From: Planctomycetota bacterium
GTDB lineage: Bacteria > Planctomycetota > Phycisphaerae > UBA1845
Assembly: GCA_024277835.1 (NCBI GenBank)
Contig: JAJRUK010000295.1
Coordinates: forward strand, 1 to 31,688
Length of the DNA stretch: 31,688 bases
Reading direction: 5' to 3'
Position 1 is the stretch's first letter. Each line of letters begins with the position of its first letter. The notes under the pieces are model-generated. The model did not search any database. It had not been told where the DNA came from and saw only the letters and a list, made by a program, of their open reading frames with translations. The position numbers and the translations under genes were made by a program. Shown one piece after another: positions 16,072-23,946 of this stretch.

Positions 16072-16626
16072 TTAAAAAATGAAGACCGCGGCGGCGACGC
16101 AGGTTGTCCACAATCCACGTTTGTCGCCTTCGACAGTCTGCACGACGGCCTTCGTTTTGACGACAAGACCCTGCGCTTTGTAGATGTCCTTGCGCTCGTT
16201 GTATGCTTTGTCGGGGTCCAAGTCGATGCCTTGTGTCGTCGCGAGCATCGACGCAGCCATGTCTTCGACGTAGTCAGCACAGACGCGCTGGGTCATGCCA
16301 AACCCGTGATGCTCGGAGATGTACCCGTGAAGTTCAGGGTCAGCGGGTAGTGCAAGCCCAACGCCCGCACATGTAAGCCGGTTCGGTTCATTGGTCCGGG
16401 TTTCGGCGAGAACGCAAAAGACGATTTGTCCGGGCAGAAGCTTGGCGAGTCCGCGCGGGCGCGAGACGATTTGGCACTTGGGGGGATAGATACTGCTGAC
16501 GCGAACGAGGTTGTAGGACGCAATGCCAGCGTCGCGGAGGGCTTCTTCAAAACTCTGGAGGTTGTTGCGGTGCTTGCCGACGCCCTTGGTGAAAAACATC
16601 TGCTTGGGAACAAAAGGATCATTCAA
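16072..16626 (-). CDS. pdaD: Pyruvoyl-dependent arginine decarboxylase
   Basis: SFEEALRDAGIASYNLVRVSSIYPP with the Ser-Ser self-cleavage site; GYISEHH; WTTCVAAAVF. Confidence 0.92.
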   Translation of the reverse strand: MNDPFVPKQMFFTKGVGKHRNNLQSFEEALRDAGIASYNLVRVSSIYPPKCQIVSRPRGLAKLLPGQIVFCVLAETRTNEPNRLTCAGVGLALPADPELHGYISEHHGFGMTQRVCADYVEDMAASMLATTQGIDLDPDKAYNERKDIYKAQGLVVKTKAVVQTVEGDKRGLWTTCVAAAVFIF

Positions 16627-16779
16627 TGCTTGGCTCTCCGCGTGCTGAGGACGCTACTCTATCAACTTATGCCAAGCATTGTAGCGACCGCGGCGTGGCG
16701 GACAAGGAAACGGATTTCGCGCGCGAGTGCGCACGACTCCCAAGCCGAAACAAGCACCAATCCCCTGCGGAGCGGTTGG

Positions 16780-19128
16780 CTACTCCCCTTCCGGGTTTCT
16801 TTCATCGCGAAGCGAGTCGGCATCGGGATCCTCGATATGGAACCCGTATTCAAAGCGTTTGCCTACGTAGGCGATGACCGATTCGTAGGCCCGGCGTAAG
16901 TCCGGGTTTCCTTCGAGATCCAACTGAACGCCTTGCCCGCCGCGGCGATTGTTGTGCGAACCGCCTCCTCGCCCGGACTGCCCCTGGTCCTTTTGGATCC
17001 GCTCGATTTCCTCGACGCCCTTGTCGATGACCGCCTTCCAGACGCGAATCAGAAGGTCCTCCGCCTCAGATCCGTGAACAACAGCGGCAACCTCCATAAG
17101 CTTTTCCTGACGCTTGGCCTCGTAGAGAAGCGGCGGGAAAATCCCCCGTCGCTCGACTTTGGTTTGCCGCGCATCCTTGAGGAAATCGCGCGTCTGGCTG
17201 AGGTATTGACTTGTAATGCTTCTCGCGGCGCGAGCGAAGATCATCGGATCACTTAGCGGCTTCCCTTCGTACTTGTATCCTGATGTTTTCTTGAGAATCT
17301 CCATATGGGCAGCCGCGTAGGTCGCGAGGTTCCGTTCTTCGGAACGCGATACGGAACGAAAGCTCTTGATGGCTGCATCGTAATGACCAGACCGAAGCTG
17401 GATCATTGCGTTCAAGACGCGCACGCGATCTTGGTCGGCCTGCGTGAGCTTACGCATGCTGACCTTGTCAGTCCATTTCTTGATGGCCGTCGACGCGCCC
17501 TCCACATCGGTGTCCAGCATCTTGGCGATGTCTCGAATCTCGGGTCGTGCTTCGGCGTAAAGAGACCGCATGTCCAATCCGTCGAGCCGGTCCGCCTGAA
17601 CTTTCCTTCGCTCAACGGAAGCACGTTTGACATCAGAAAGGTTGAGGGCCAAGTTCGTATCGAGTCCTGCAAGCTTGGCACGCACGGGTTGAGAATCAAA
17701 TTGTCCGGTGATTCTGCTACCGGAGAGCATCGTCAGGACCTGCTTGTCGTCGTCATTGGTCTCAATCCGATCAATCTGGTCCAGAGAGACAGATCGTTTC
17801 CCGAGGCGACTTTTGAACGCTGCTTCACCCTCGATAGACTCGAGAATAAGATGACAAGCGTCGGTATCGAACACGACCGTTTCGCCCGAGGGAGCATCGG
17901 CCCCATGCCCTGCAGTGCCAAACGCAATCACGCTCACGTCACTAAACGCGACGCTGAATTCCTCGCCTGCGCGCTCCTGAAACTTGAACTCGCCCTCCAA
18001 CGTTTCACCGCTAAACCTGTTTCCGCGTTCCAGGTACAGGTCCGCGCCATCTTCGTTGTGCATGATGTACGCGATGGCTTTTGACGGGATCGAAAACTCA
18101 CCCAAGCTCGATTTCCAATGGATCGTCTCCGTCTTGATGGTCCCCAAGTAACGGTCGCCGTTTTCAAAATAGAGCGTGGCATTGTCCTCGCGCCGTGCAA
18201 ACTCCGAGATATTCACCAACCCGTTCTTGTTGGTCACACTCTCCATGAACGGTGAGAAGTCCGTGCCTTTGTCAATCTTGCCGAGAAGAAACGCATTGCG
18301 AACGATCTCGCCCGTCAGCTTCGCCGGAACCAGCGCGCTGTACCGTGCGCCTCCCGTATCCTCGCGACCCTCGGGAGGCTTCATCAGTGTGACCGTCCCG
18401 ACCAGGAACCCGTCGCGAGTGACGCACGGTCCACCGCTGTTGCCGGGGCGGACCAGGGCGTCGGTGTAGATCATGCGGAGACGTCCGCCGGGCGTGCGCG
18501 GAAGATCAATAATATTACCCTTTTCGATTTGGACTTCCGCGCCCTTGCCAGCGCTCGCCTGCCGATCACCCCCGGGGAACCCCAGCGACCACGTTTCTTC
18601 GAGCTTCCTCAGACGCGACTCGGGGAGAAGTCGCAAAAAATTCGGCGAATGGAGTTTCCCACCGTCTTCATCATAAATCTGAAGCAACGCCTGGTCCGCA
18701 GGTTCGTTTTGATAAAGCACGGCCGCCTCGTACGTCTTCTCATCGTCTGTACCGGAGTTTAGAACGACCTTCCACGAAAGCTTGCCGCCTTCATAACCGG
18801 CCTTGAACTTCTCGATCGGACTCTTGCCGTGGGTTGGGTCAACCACGTGGTTGTTCGTGATCGCCAGCCCGGTACGATTGATGAAAAACCCGGACCCCGT
18901 GCTAAGCGGTGTGTCCGCCTGGCTGCGTTCCGAACGATACGTCCAGACATAAACCGTTGCCTGCTGAACATGTTCTTGAACGGCAGGCCTGAGGTCCGCG
19001 GCGATCACGGGTTGCGGAAGGAGGGCCACTGCGAAGAGGGCGAGAACAAGTCCGCCGAACCATCGATCAGACCGACTGCCACAAACTTCACGCAACCCTA
19101 CACGACGAAACGAATTGGTGAGACTCAT
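16780..19128 (-). CDS. Secreted trypsin-like (S1) serine protease with C-terminal repeat and helical domains
   Basis: Signal peptide (LVLALFAVALLPQPVIA-A); GSGFFI, TNNHVV (His), ADQALL (Asp), GNSGGP (Ser). ATG 19128 preferred (GGAGG upstream). Confidence 0.8.
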   Translation of the reverse strand: MSLTNSFRRVGLREVCGSRSDRWFGGLVLALFAVALLPQPVIAADLRPAVQEHVQQATVYVWTYRSERSQADTPLSTGSGFFINRTGLAITNNHVVDPTHGKSPIEKFKAGYEGGKLSWKVVLNSGTDDEKTYEAAVLYQNEPADQALLQIYDEDGGKLHSPNFLRLLPESRLRKLEETWSLGFPGGDRQASAGKGAEVQIEKGNIIDLPRTPGGRLRMIYTDALVRPGNSGGPCVTRDGFLVGTVTLMKPPEGREDTGGARYSALVPAKLTGEIVRNAFLLGKIDKGTDFSPFMESVTNKNGLVNISEFARREDNATLYFENGDRYLGTIKTETIHWKSSLGEFSIPSKAIAYIMHNEDGADLYLERGNRFSGETLEGEFKFQERAGEEFSVAFSDVSVIAFGTAGHGADAPSGETVVFDTDACHLILESIEGEAAFKSRLGKRSVSLDQIDRIETNDDDKQVLTMLSGSRITGQFDSQPVRAKLAGLDTNLALNLSDVKRASVERRKVQADRLDGLDMRSLYAEARPEIRDIAKMLDTDVEGASTAIKKWTDKVSMRKLTQADQDRVRVLNAMIQLRSGHYDAAIKSFRSVSRSEERNLATYAAAHMEILKKTSGYKYEGKPLSDPMIFARAARSITSQYLSQTRDFLKDARQTKVERRGIFPPLLYEAKRQEKLMEVAAVVHGSEAEDLLIRVWKAVIDKGVEEIERIQKDQGQSGRGGGSHNNRRGGQGVQLDLEGNPDLRRAYESVIAYVGKRFEYGFHIEDPDADSLRDERNPEGE

Positions 19129-19271
19129 CGTCCACCCTCCCAAAAAGAAGCTACCGGCGACCTAATGAACGAAAACTTGCCTTCACCTGATAGCAGAAAC
19201 AGTCAGCGGTGTCCAACTTGCCCCCCAGCTACCAATTCGGCGCGGCGGCCTGCGTTTAGGGAAAAGAAACC

Positions 19272-19886
19272 TCAGTTGACAAGCAAACGCACAATCTGTG
19301 GGTGGATAGCGGCGAGTGCTTGGCCGCGGTGGGAAATGCGGTTTTTCTGTACTGGGGGAAGCTCTGCGGCGGTTCTGTCCTGATCGGGGATGAAAAAGTG
19401 GGGGTCGTAACCGAATCCGTTGTGGCCTCTCGGTTCGTCGATGATGACGCCTTCGATTGTACCGCTGCTTGTGGCGACGACGACTTTGTCGGAAGTTGCA
19501 AGCGCCATGGCACATCGAAAACGCGCGGTGCGATTCGCCTCCGGGATTGCTTGAAGTTCGCGAATAAGCCTTGCATTGTTGGCCATATCATCAGCATCCT
19601 CGCCAGCATACCTTGCGGAGTAGACACCCGGAGCGCCGTCGAGCGCATCGACCTCTAACCCGGAATCGTCGGCGAGCGCCCATAACCCCGACGCGGCTGC
19701 GTAGTGAATTGCCTTCTTGCGCGCGTTCGCATCGAACGTATCGCCATCCTCAACGGGTTCTTCAATGGCGTCGATATCGGTAAGGCCAATCACTTCGACG
19801 CCCAGCGCTTCGAGCATCGCACGGACTTCGCGAAGCTTTCCCTTGTTGGAGGTTGCGATGAGAAGCTTGTTCACGAGATCGGACAT
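19272..19886 (-). CDS. rdgB: Non-canonical purine NTP pyrophosphatase (RdgB/HAM1)
   Basis: IATSNKGKLRE, ADDSGLEVDALDGAPGVYSARY, GFGYDP, KNRISHRGQAL. Confidence 0.95.
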   Translation of the reverse strand: MSDLVNKLLIATSNKGKLREVRAMLEALGVEVIGLTDIDAIEEPVEDGDTFDANARKKAIHYAAASGLWALADDSGLEVDALDGAPGVYSARYAGEDADDMANNARLIRELQAIPEANRTARFRCAMALATSDKVVVATSSGTIEGVIIDEPRGHNGFGYDPHFFIPDQDRTAAELPPVQKNRISHRGQALAAIHPQIVRLLVN

Positions 19887-19889
19887 CCG

Positions 19890-20735
19890 TTACGGTGTTT
19901 GTTGGTTTGGAAGTTTGACGAGAAACGACGGGACGGGCGTACGTGAGCCGTCCGGTCCAATGACGTAGACGATGCCGCCGTTGACGTAATTGTACTTGAG
20001 AAGCTCGTCTTGCTGCAACTTCGCGACCTGGCGACTGTACTGGCGAAGGTAGGTCTGCCCCTGAGAGTCGTCGACCACCGCGTCTGATCCGAAGAGGCCG
20101 ACCGTGACGACACTCGATGCGTCGGCGTGATGGTAATACGCATCATACCCCTTGCCTCTAAGAAACTCGCAATAATCCGCGGCCGCCTGCTTGAACTCCG
20201 AAAAGTTGTCGACGGCTTCAAAGGCTGCGACCTGCAGCGTATACGTCCCCGTCACGTTGCTTAGGTTCCACGCGGGGTTTCCCGCGTTGGGCGTGGGGAT
20301 TCTTGCCGGAAGGGCAGCGATGAAGTACCGGCGACCTTTCCCATCGCCGAGTTGCTTGATGAGGTCCAGGTCGCGTCGCATTTGTGCGGGCATGTCTCGC
20401 ACACCGGTCTTGGGATCGGTCGCTCTCTTGTAGTAGCCATAATACAGACCGGTCTTGCCCGAGTCGCTGAAGGTGAAGACATCTCGCGCGCGAATCCCCG
20501 GAGTCCGCTTGAGCGCTTCTGCAAACTGAGCGATCTGAGTTTGGCGACCGGGGCCGGTAAGCTCTAAGCAGCGAATGGTCCAGGGTGCGCCTTTCGCCCC
20601 AAAAAAAGAACCCCCCGCTCGACCAGACTTACCGCCCGACACACACCCCCCGAGCGACAGCAACACAGCGCCAATCGCGCAAAAGCAAACCGCGGCGCGA
20701 GCGGTGTTGATTTGTGTGCGCCCGACAAACGTCAT
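19890..20735 (-). CDS. Hypothetical lipoprotein, possibly SPOR-like domains
   Basis: Lipobox LSLGG-C; YTLQVAAF...AAADYCEFLRGKGYDAY...VTVGLF resembles a SPOR beta-alpha-beta pattern; tightly packed between rph and rdgB. Confidence 0.55.
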   Translation of the reverse strand: MTFVGRTQINTARAAVCFCAIGAVLLSLGGCVSGGKSGRAGGSFFGAKGAPWTIRCLELTGPGRQTQIAQFAEALKRTPGIRARDVFTFSDSGKTGLYYGYYKRATDPKTGVRDMPAQMRRDLDLIKQLGDGKGRRYFIAALPARIPTPNAGNPAWNLSNVTGTYTLQVAAFEAVDNFSEFKQAAADYCEFLRGKGYDAYYHHADASSVVTVGLFGSDAVVDDSQGQTYLRQYSRQVAKLQQDELLKYNYVNGGIVYVIGPDGSRTPVPSFLVKLPNQQTP

Positions 20736-21457
20736 TATCCGATCCGCTTCCGCAGTGCTTTTGCTTGCTCGGCGAGGAGCTGTTTGATTCCGCGAGACGC
20801 TAGCTTCAACAGCTTGTCGAGGTCGTCGCGAGAAAAGGTCGCCTCTTCGCCAGTGCCCTGGACTTCGACGAACTTGCCGGACTCGGTCATGACGACGTTC
20901 ATATCCACCTCAGCCGCGACGTCTTCGGGATAGTCAAGGTCCAGCAAGAACAATCGCCCCACTTTCCCAATGCTGACCGCCGCGACAGCCTCGCGAACCG
21001 GGGAAGCAGTTAGTATTTTTTCACGCCGTGCCCACTTAACCGCATCGCAAAGGGCGACGTATGCGCCGGTGATACTCGCAGTTCGAGTGCCACCATCTGC
21101 CTGCAAGACATCGCAATCAAGAAGAATCGAGTTCTCACCAAGTGCGTCCAGATCGACGACCGCCCTGAGCGAACGTCCGATGAGGCGCTGGATTTCCTGC
21201 GTACGCCCGTCGAGCTTGGTTCGGTTGCGGCGGCGGCGCTCGGAGGTCGCACCGGGAAGCATGTCGTACTCCGCCGTGACCCAGCCACTACCCTGCCCCT
21301 TCTTCCAACGCGGAACCGACGCTTCAAAGCATGCGGTGCAGAGTACAACGGTATCGCCCGCCTCAATCAGAACCGAACCGGCTGCGTTCTTGGTATAACC
21401 GCGAGTGATTTTGACGGGCCGAAGATCATTTGGTTTTCGCTTGTTTTTTCGAGCCAA
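20735..21457 (-). CDS. rph: Ribonuclease PH
   Basis: [61 protein letters not shown] start at 21457 with GGGAG upstream is preferred over 21502. Confidence 0.95.
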   Translation of the reverse strand: MARKNKRKPNDLRPVKITRGYTKNAAGSVLIEAGDTVVLCTACFEASVPRWKKGQGSGWVTAEYDMLPGATSERRRRNRTKLDGRTQEIQRLIGRSLRAVVDLDALGENSILLDCDVLQADGGTRTASITGAYVALCDAVKWARREKILTASPVREAVAAVSIGKVGRLFLLDLDYPEDVAAEVDMNVVMTESGKFVEVQGTGEEATFSRDDLDKLLKLASRGIKQLLAEQAKALRKRIG

Positions 21458-21532
21458 TCGTAACTCCCTGGGGATGAGGTCATTGTCCAACAACAGCAGC
21501 AAGCCCCGACGATACGTCGCGCTTCGTCGCTG

Positions 21533-22021
21533 TCAATCCTGGTTTGCATTGAACGACTCAAGGCAAGCAACGGCAGAGGCTCCCATTGCGGAAAAGCTCA
21601 GGCGGCGCGTGTTTGCGTCGATCGATTCAACTTCGATTCGCAGATGATCTTCGGGGATCGCTTCACAGACCCGGTCAGCCCACTCGACCGCAACGACAGC
21701 GTCCTCGGCAATGAATTCATCGAACCCGAGCGCGACAAGCTCGGCGGAACCTTTCAGGCGATAGGTGTCGATGTGAATGAGAGTCCGCTGCCCTTCGTAT
21801 TCGTTGATCAGCGTGAACGTGGGACTGGTGACCTGTTTCGGATCGGTCGCACCGTTTCCAGACGCAACACCTTTGACGAACTGGGTCTTGCCCGCGCCGA
21901 GGTCGCCGACGAGCGCTATGACCAACCCGCCAGAGAGCGATCGTCCGAGTCGCTGCCCCAACTCAAGCGTTTCTTGAGGCGAATGCGTTTGTAATTGCAC
22001 GGTCTGAGTTGGCGAAGTCAA
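21533..22021 (-). CDS. tsaE: tRNA threonylcarbamoyladenosine biosynthesis ATPase TsaE
   Basis: LVGDLGAGKTQFVKG, VTSPTFTLINEY, HIDTYRL, VEWAD. Confidence 0.95.
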   Translation of the reverse strand: MTSPTQTVQLQTHSPQETLELGQRLGRSLSGGLVIALVGDLGAGKTQFVKGVASGNGATDPKQVTSPTFTLINEYEGQRTLIHIDTYRLKGSAELVALGFDEFIAEDAVVAVEWADRVCEAIPEDHLRIEVESIDANTRRLSFSAMGASAVACLESFNANQD

Positions 22022-22926
22022 TGGACAAACCCCTTTGGCGCAAGCGTTTCAACTGTTCCGTCAATCCGGGCGAGAGCGTAGCCCGACTGAGTGATTTTGC
22101 CAACCTCCAGCAATGGCCCGGGATACGCCCGAGCGTCACCTTCAACGGCAAGAAGCAACTCGAAGTCTTCCCCGTCGCAAAGCACGTGCTCCAGAGGCGT
22201 CTTATCACCTTCCGAAGCGGATCGCTGCGCGTCGGCGCTGGTCACGGCGTTGAGCAATGTTTCGTCGAGCGTTGCCCCAACGCTCGACGCTTCGCACATT
22301 CGCGAAAGGTCCAGCGACAGACCGTCGGTGATGTCGATCATGGCGTGAAGGTGTAGGCCGAGCGTCTCGGCGAGCAGCTTTGCTTCGTCGATGCGCGGTC
22401 GAAACCGAAGATGCTCACCGCGCAGACTTCCGCCGAGCGGGCCGGTGACATAGAGCTTGTCGCCAACCTTCGCACCGGATCGAAGAATCGGCGCGACACC
22501 TTCCCACGGGGCTGCGACAATCGCGACGTCGATCGCGAGTGACTCCGCCCACTTGGTCGTATCGCCGCCCGCGACCACAACGCCGAATTCATCAGCGACG
22601 GCGTAGATTCCCGCGTACAACAATTGCGCGTCTTCCATCAAGAAAGTCGATGGGAAGGCAACGGAGATCGTGACTGCACAGGGCCGAACAGCCATCGCAG
22701 CGCAGTCGCTGAGCGAACAGGCAACGGCCTTTCGCCCGATGAGGTTCATGGGCTGCGTTTGGGTATCGAAATGAACGCCGTCGAGCAGCAGGTCTGACGA
22801 AAAAAGAAGTTCCTTCCCATCAACGCGCAGGATGGCCATGTCGTCGCCGATTCCGCAACGCAGTGCAGGTGAATCGGTGGCGCGACACGAAAGCCAATCC
22901 ACAAACGCTATCTCGGAGAAACTCAT
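22018..22926 (-). CDS. thiL: Thiamine-monophosphate kinase
   Basis: GIGDDMA, GVHF, SDCAAMA, GGDTT, RSGAKVGD, AMIDITDGL, GEDFELL. Confidence 0.93.
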   Translation of the reverse strand: MSFSEIAFVDWLSCRATDSPALRCGIGDDMAILRVDGKELLFSSDLLLDGVHFDTQTQPMNLIGRKAVACSLSDCAAMAVRPCAVTISVAFPSTFLMEDAQLLYAGIYAVADEFGVVVAGGDTTKWAESLAIDVAIVAAPWEGVAPILRSGAKVGDKLYVTGPLGGSLRGEHLRFRPRIDEAKLLAETLGLHLHAMIDITDGLSLDLSRMCEASSVGATLDETLLNAVTSADAQRSASEGDKTPLEHVLCDGEDFELLLAVEGDARAYPGPLLEVGKITQSGYALARIDGTVETLAPKGFVH

Positions 22927-22968
22927 GGGAGGAAATGGTAGCAGAAACCGGGGCCGGGGATAAGAAAA

Positions 22969-22992
22969 GCCCGCGAGCGTAAACTCGCGGGC
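22969..22992 (-). terminator. Intrinsic terminator downstream of the zinc-finger gene
   Basis: Perfect 9-bp stem GCCCGCGAG/CTCGCGGGC with a 6-nt loop, followed by TTTTCTT on the minus strand. Confidence 0.7.
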
Positions 22993-23014
22993 ATTCGTCG
23001 TTCTTCATGCATCG

Positions 23015-23135
23015 CAGGCAGTTGAAAAAGTGTGGCACCGGTTTGCAACCGGTGCGAAGTCTACTGTTTCAATGCCGTTCACCGGGTACAAGACCGGTGC
23101 CGCACTCCAGCAGTCCCAAACAACAGGTCCGCTAG
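23015..23135. mobile_element. Degenerate MITE-like element containing an inverted REP pair
   Basis: Left end CAGGCAGTTGAAAAA (23015-23029), REP copies at 23032-23055 (reverse) and 23080-23105 (forward, degenerate), right end CAACAGGTCCGCTAG; same layout as 29032-29148. Confidence 0.55.
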
Positions 23136-23662
23136 ACGGTGTACTGTCCGCGTCCCTTGCGCTTGAGTGCTGGCATTTCCGGAAGCGCGTTGCTTACTGC
23201 CTTCGTAAGATTTTTGGCGCTTGTTCGGTAGCCAGCCTCCAGAACGGAGGCGGAGATTTCTCTGGGGCTTAGCGGTCGCGCGGCAGCCTTGAGAACTTTG
23301 ACGATCAGGAATTTCAAGGAGCCTTCCTGTCCGCCCGATCCTTTCGGTCGGCCTCGCTTTCGCATTCCGGGGACGACGACGCTTGACTGACCAAGCGACC
23401 GCATTGCGTTTTCGATACCCGCGATTTGTTCGTCAATCGAGTTGCGCTGCGAAGCCAACTCTCGCAAGTACGCCTGCATCTCGCCAAGAACCCGACCCGC
23501 TCCGGTCGATGCGTTGTATGCCGCGAGCGTTCGAATCGACGAACCGCCCGTCGATTTCTTCGCACCGCCCGCACCATGAATCGAATTCATGTGCCTTCCA
23601 AGGTGGGCCGGGAGTGCGAACTTTCGATCACACTTCGGGCACTTCAGTTTCTTTCGTGCCAT
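23132..23662 (-). CDS. C2H2 zinc finger / AT-hook-like / winged-helix DNA-binding protein
   Basis: CPKCDRKFALPAHLGRHMNSIH = C-x2-C-x3-F-x5-L-x2-H-x4-H; central coiled-coil-like helix; KRGRPKG; C-terminal LIVKVLKAAARPLSPREISASVLEAGY...GRGQY; GGAG upstream of the ATG. Confidence 0.75.
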   Translation of the reverse strand: MARKKLKCPKCDRKFALPAHLGRHMNSIHGAGGAKKSTGGSSIRTLAAYNASTGAGRVLGEMQAYLRELASQRNSIDEQIAGIENAMRSLGQSSVVVPGMRKRGRPKGSGGQEGSLKFLIVKVLKAAARPLSPREISASVLEAGYRTSAKNLTKAVSNALPEMPALKRKGRGQYTV

Positions 23663-23946
23663 TTCATATACTCCAATTCGTATCTGTTGACGCTAAGTGG
23701 GTAGACGCCGGTAGTCCACCTGCTTGACTATGAAAATAAACATTCCACAGGGTTTTGCAAGCGATCCCAGAAAAGTTCTTGGAAAACAGTAGGCGCGGAT
23801 GGACCGGGATAAACAAGGGAAAGCCCGCGAACGACTGGTTGTCAGCTAGCGAGACTCCGTCTCCTGGAAGGATGCACTGCGACCGAATAGTAAAGTGCTG
23901 TTGGAAGAGTTAGCGCATTTCGCCATCTGCGACCATAAGTCGCCTC

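Noticed and set aside
16047-16280. 78-aa N-terminal extension of the DHS-like ORF
   Set aside because: Out-of-frame overlap with pdaD; low-complexity translation.
15171-18084. Long plus-strand ORFs 15171..16082 and 17305..18084
   Set aside because: Antisense shadows of well-supported minus-strand genes, common in GC-rich DNA; no motifs.
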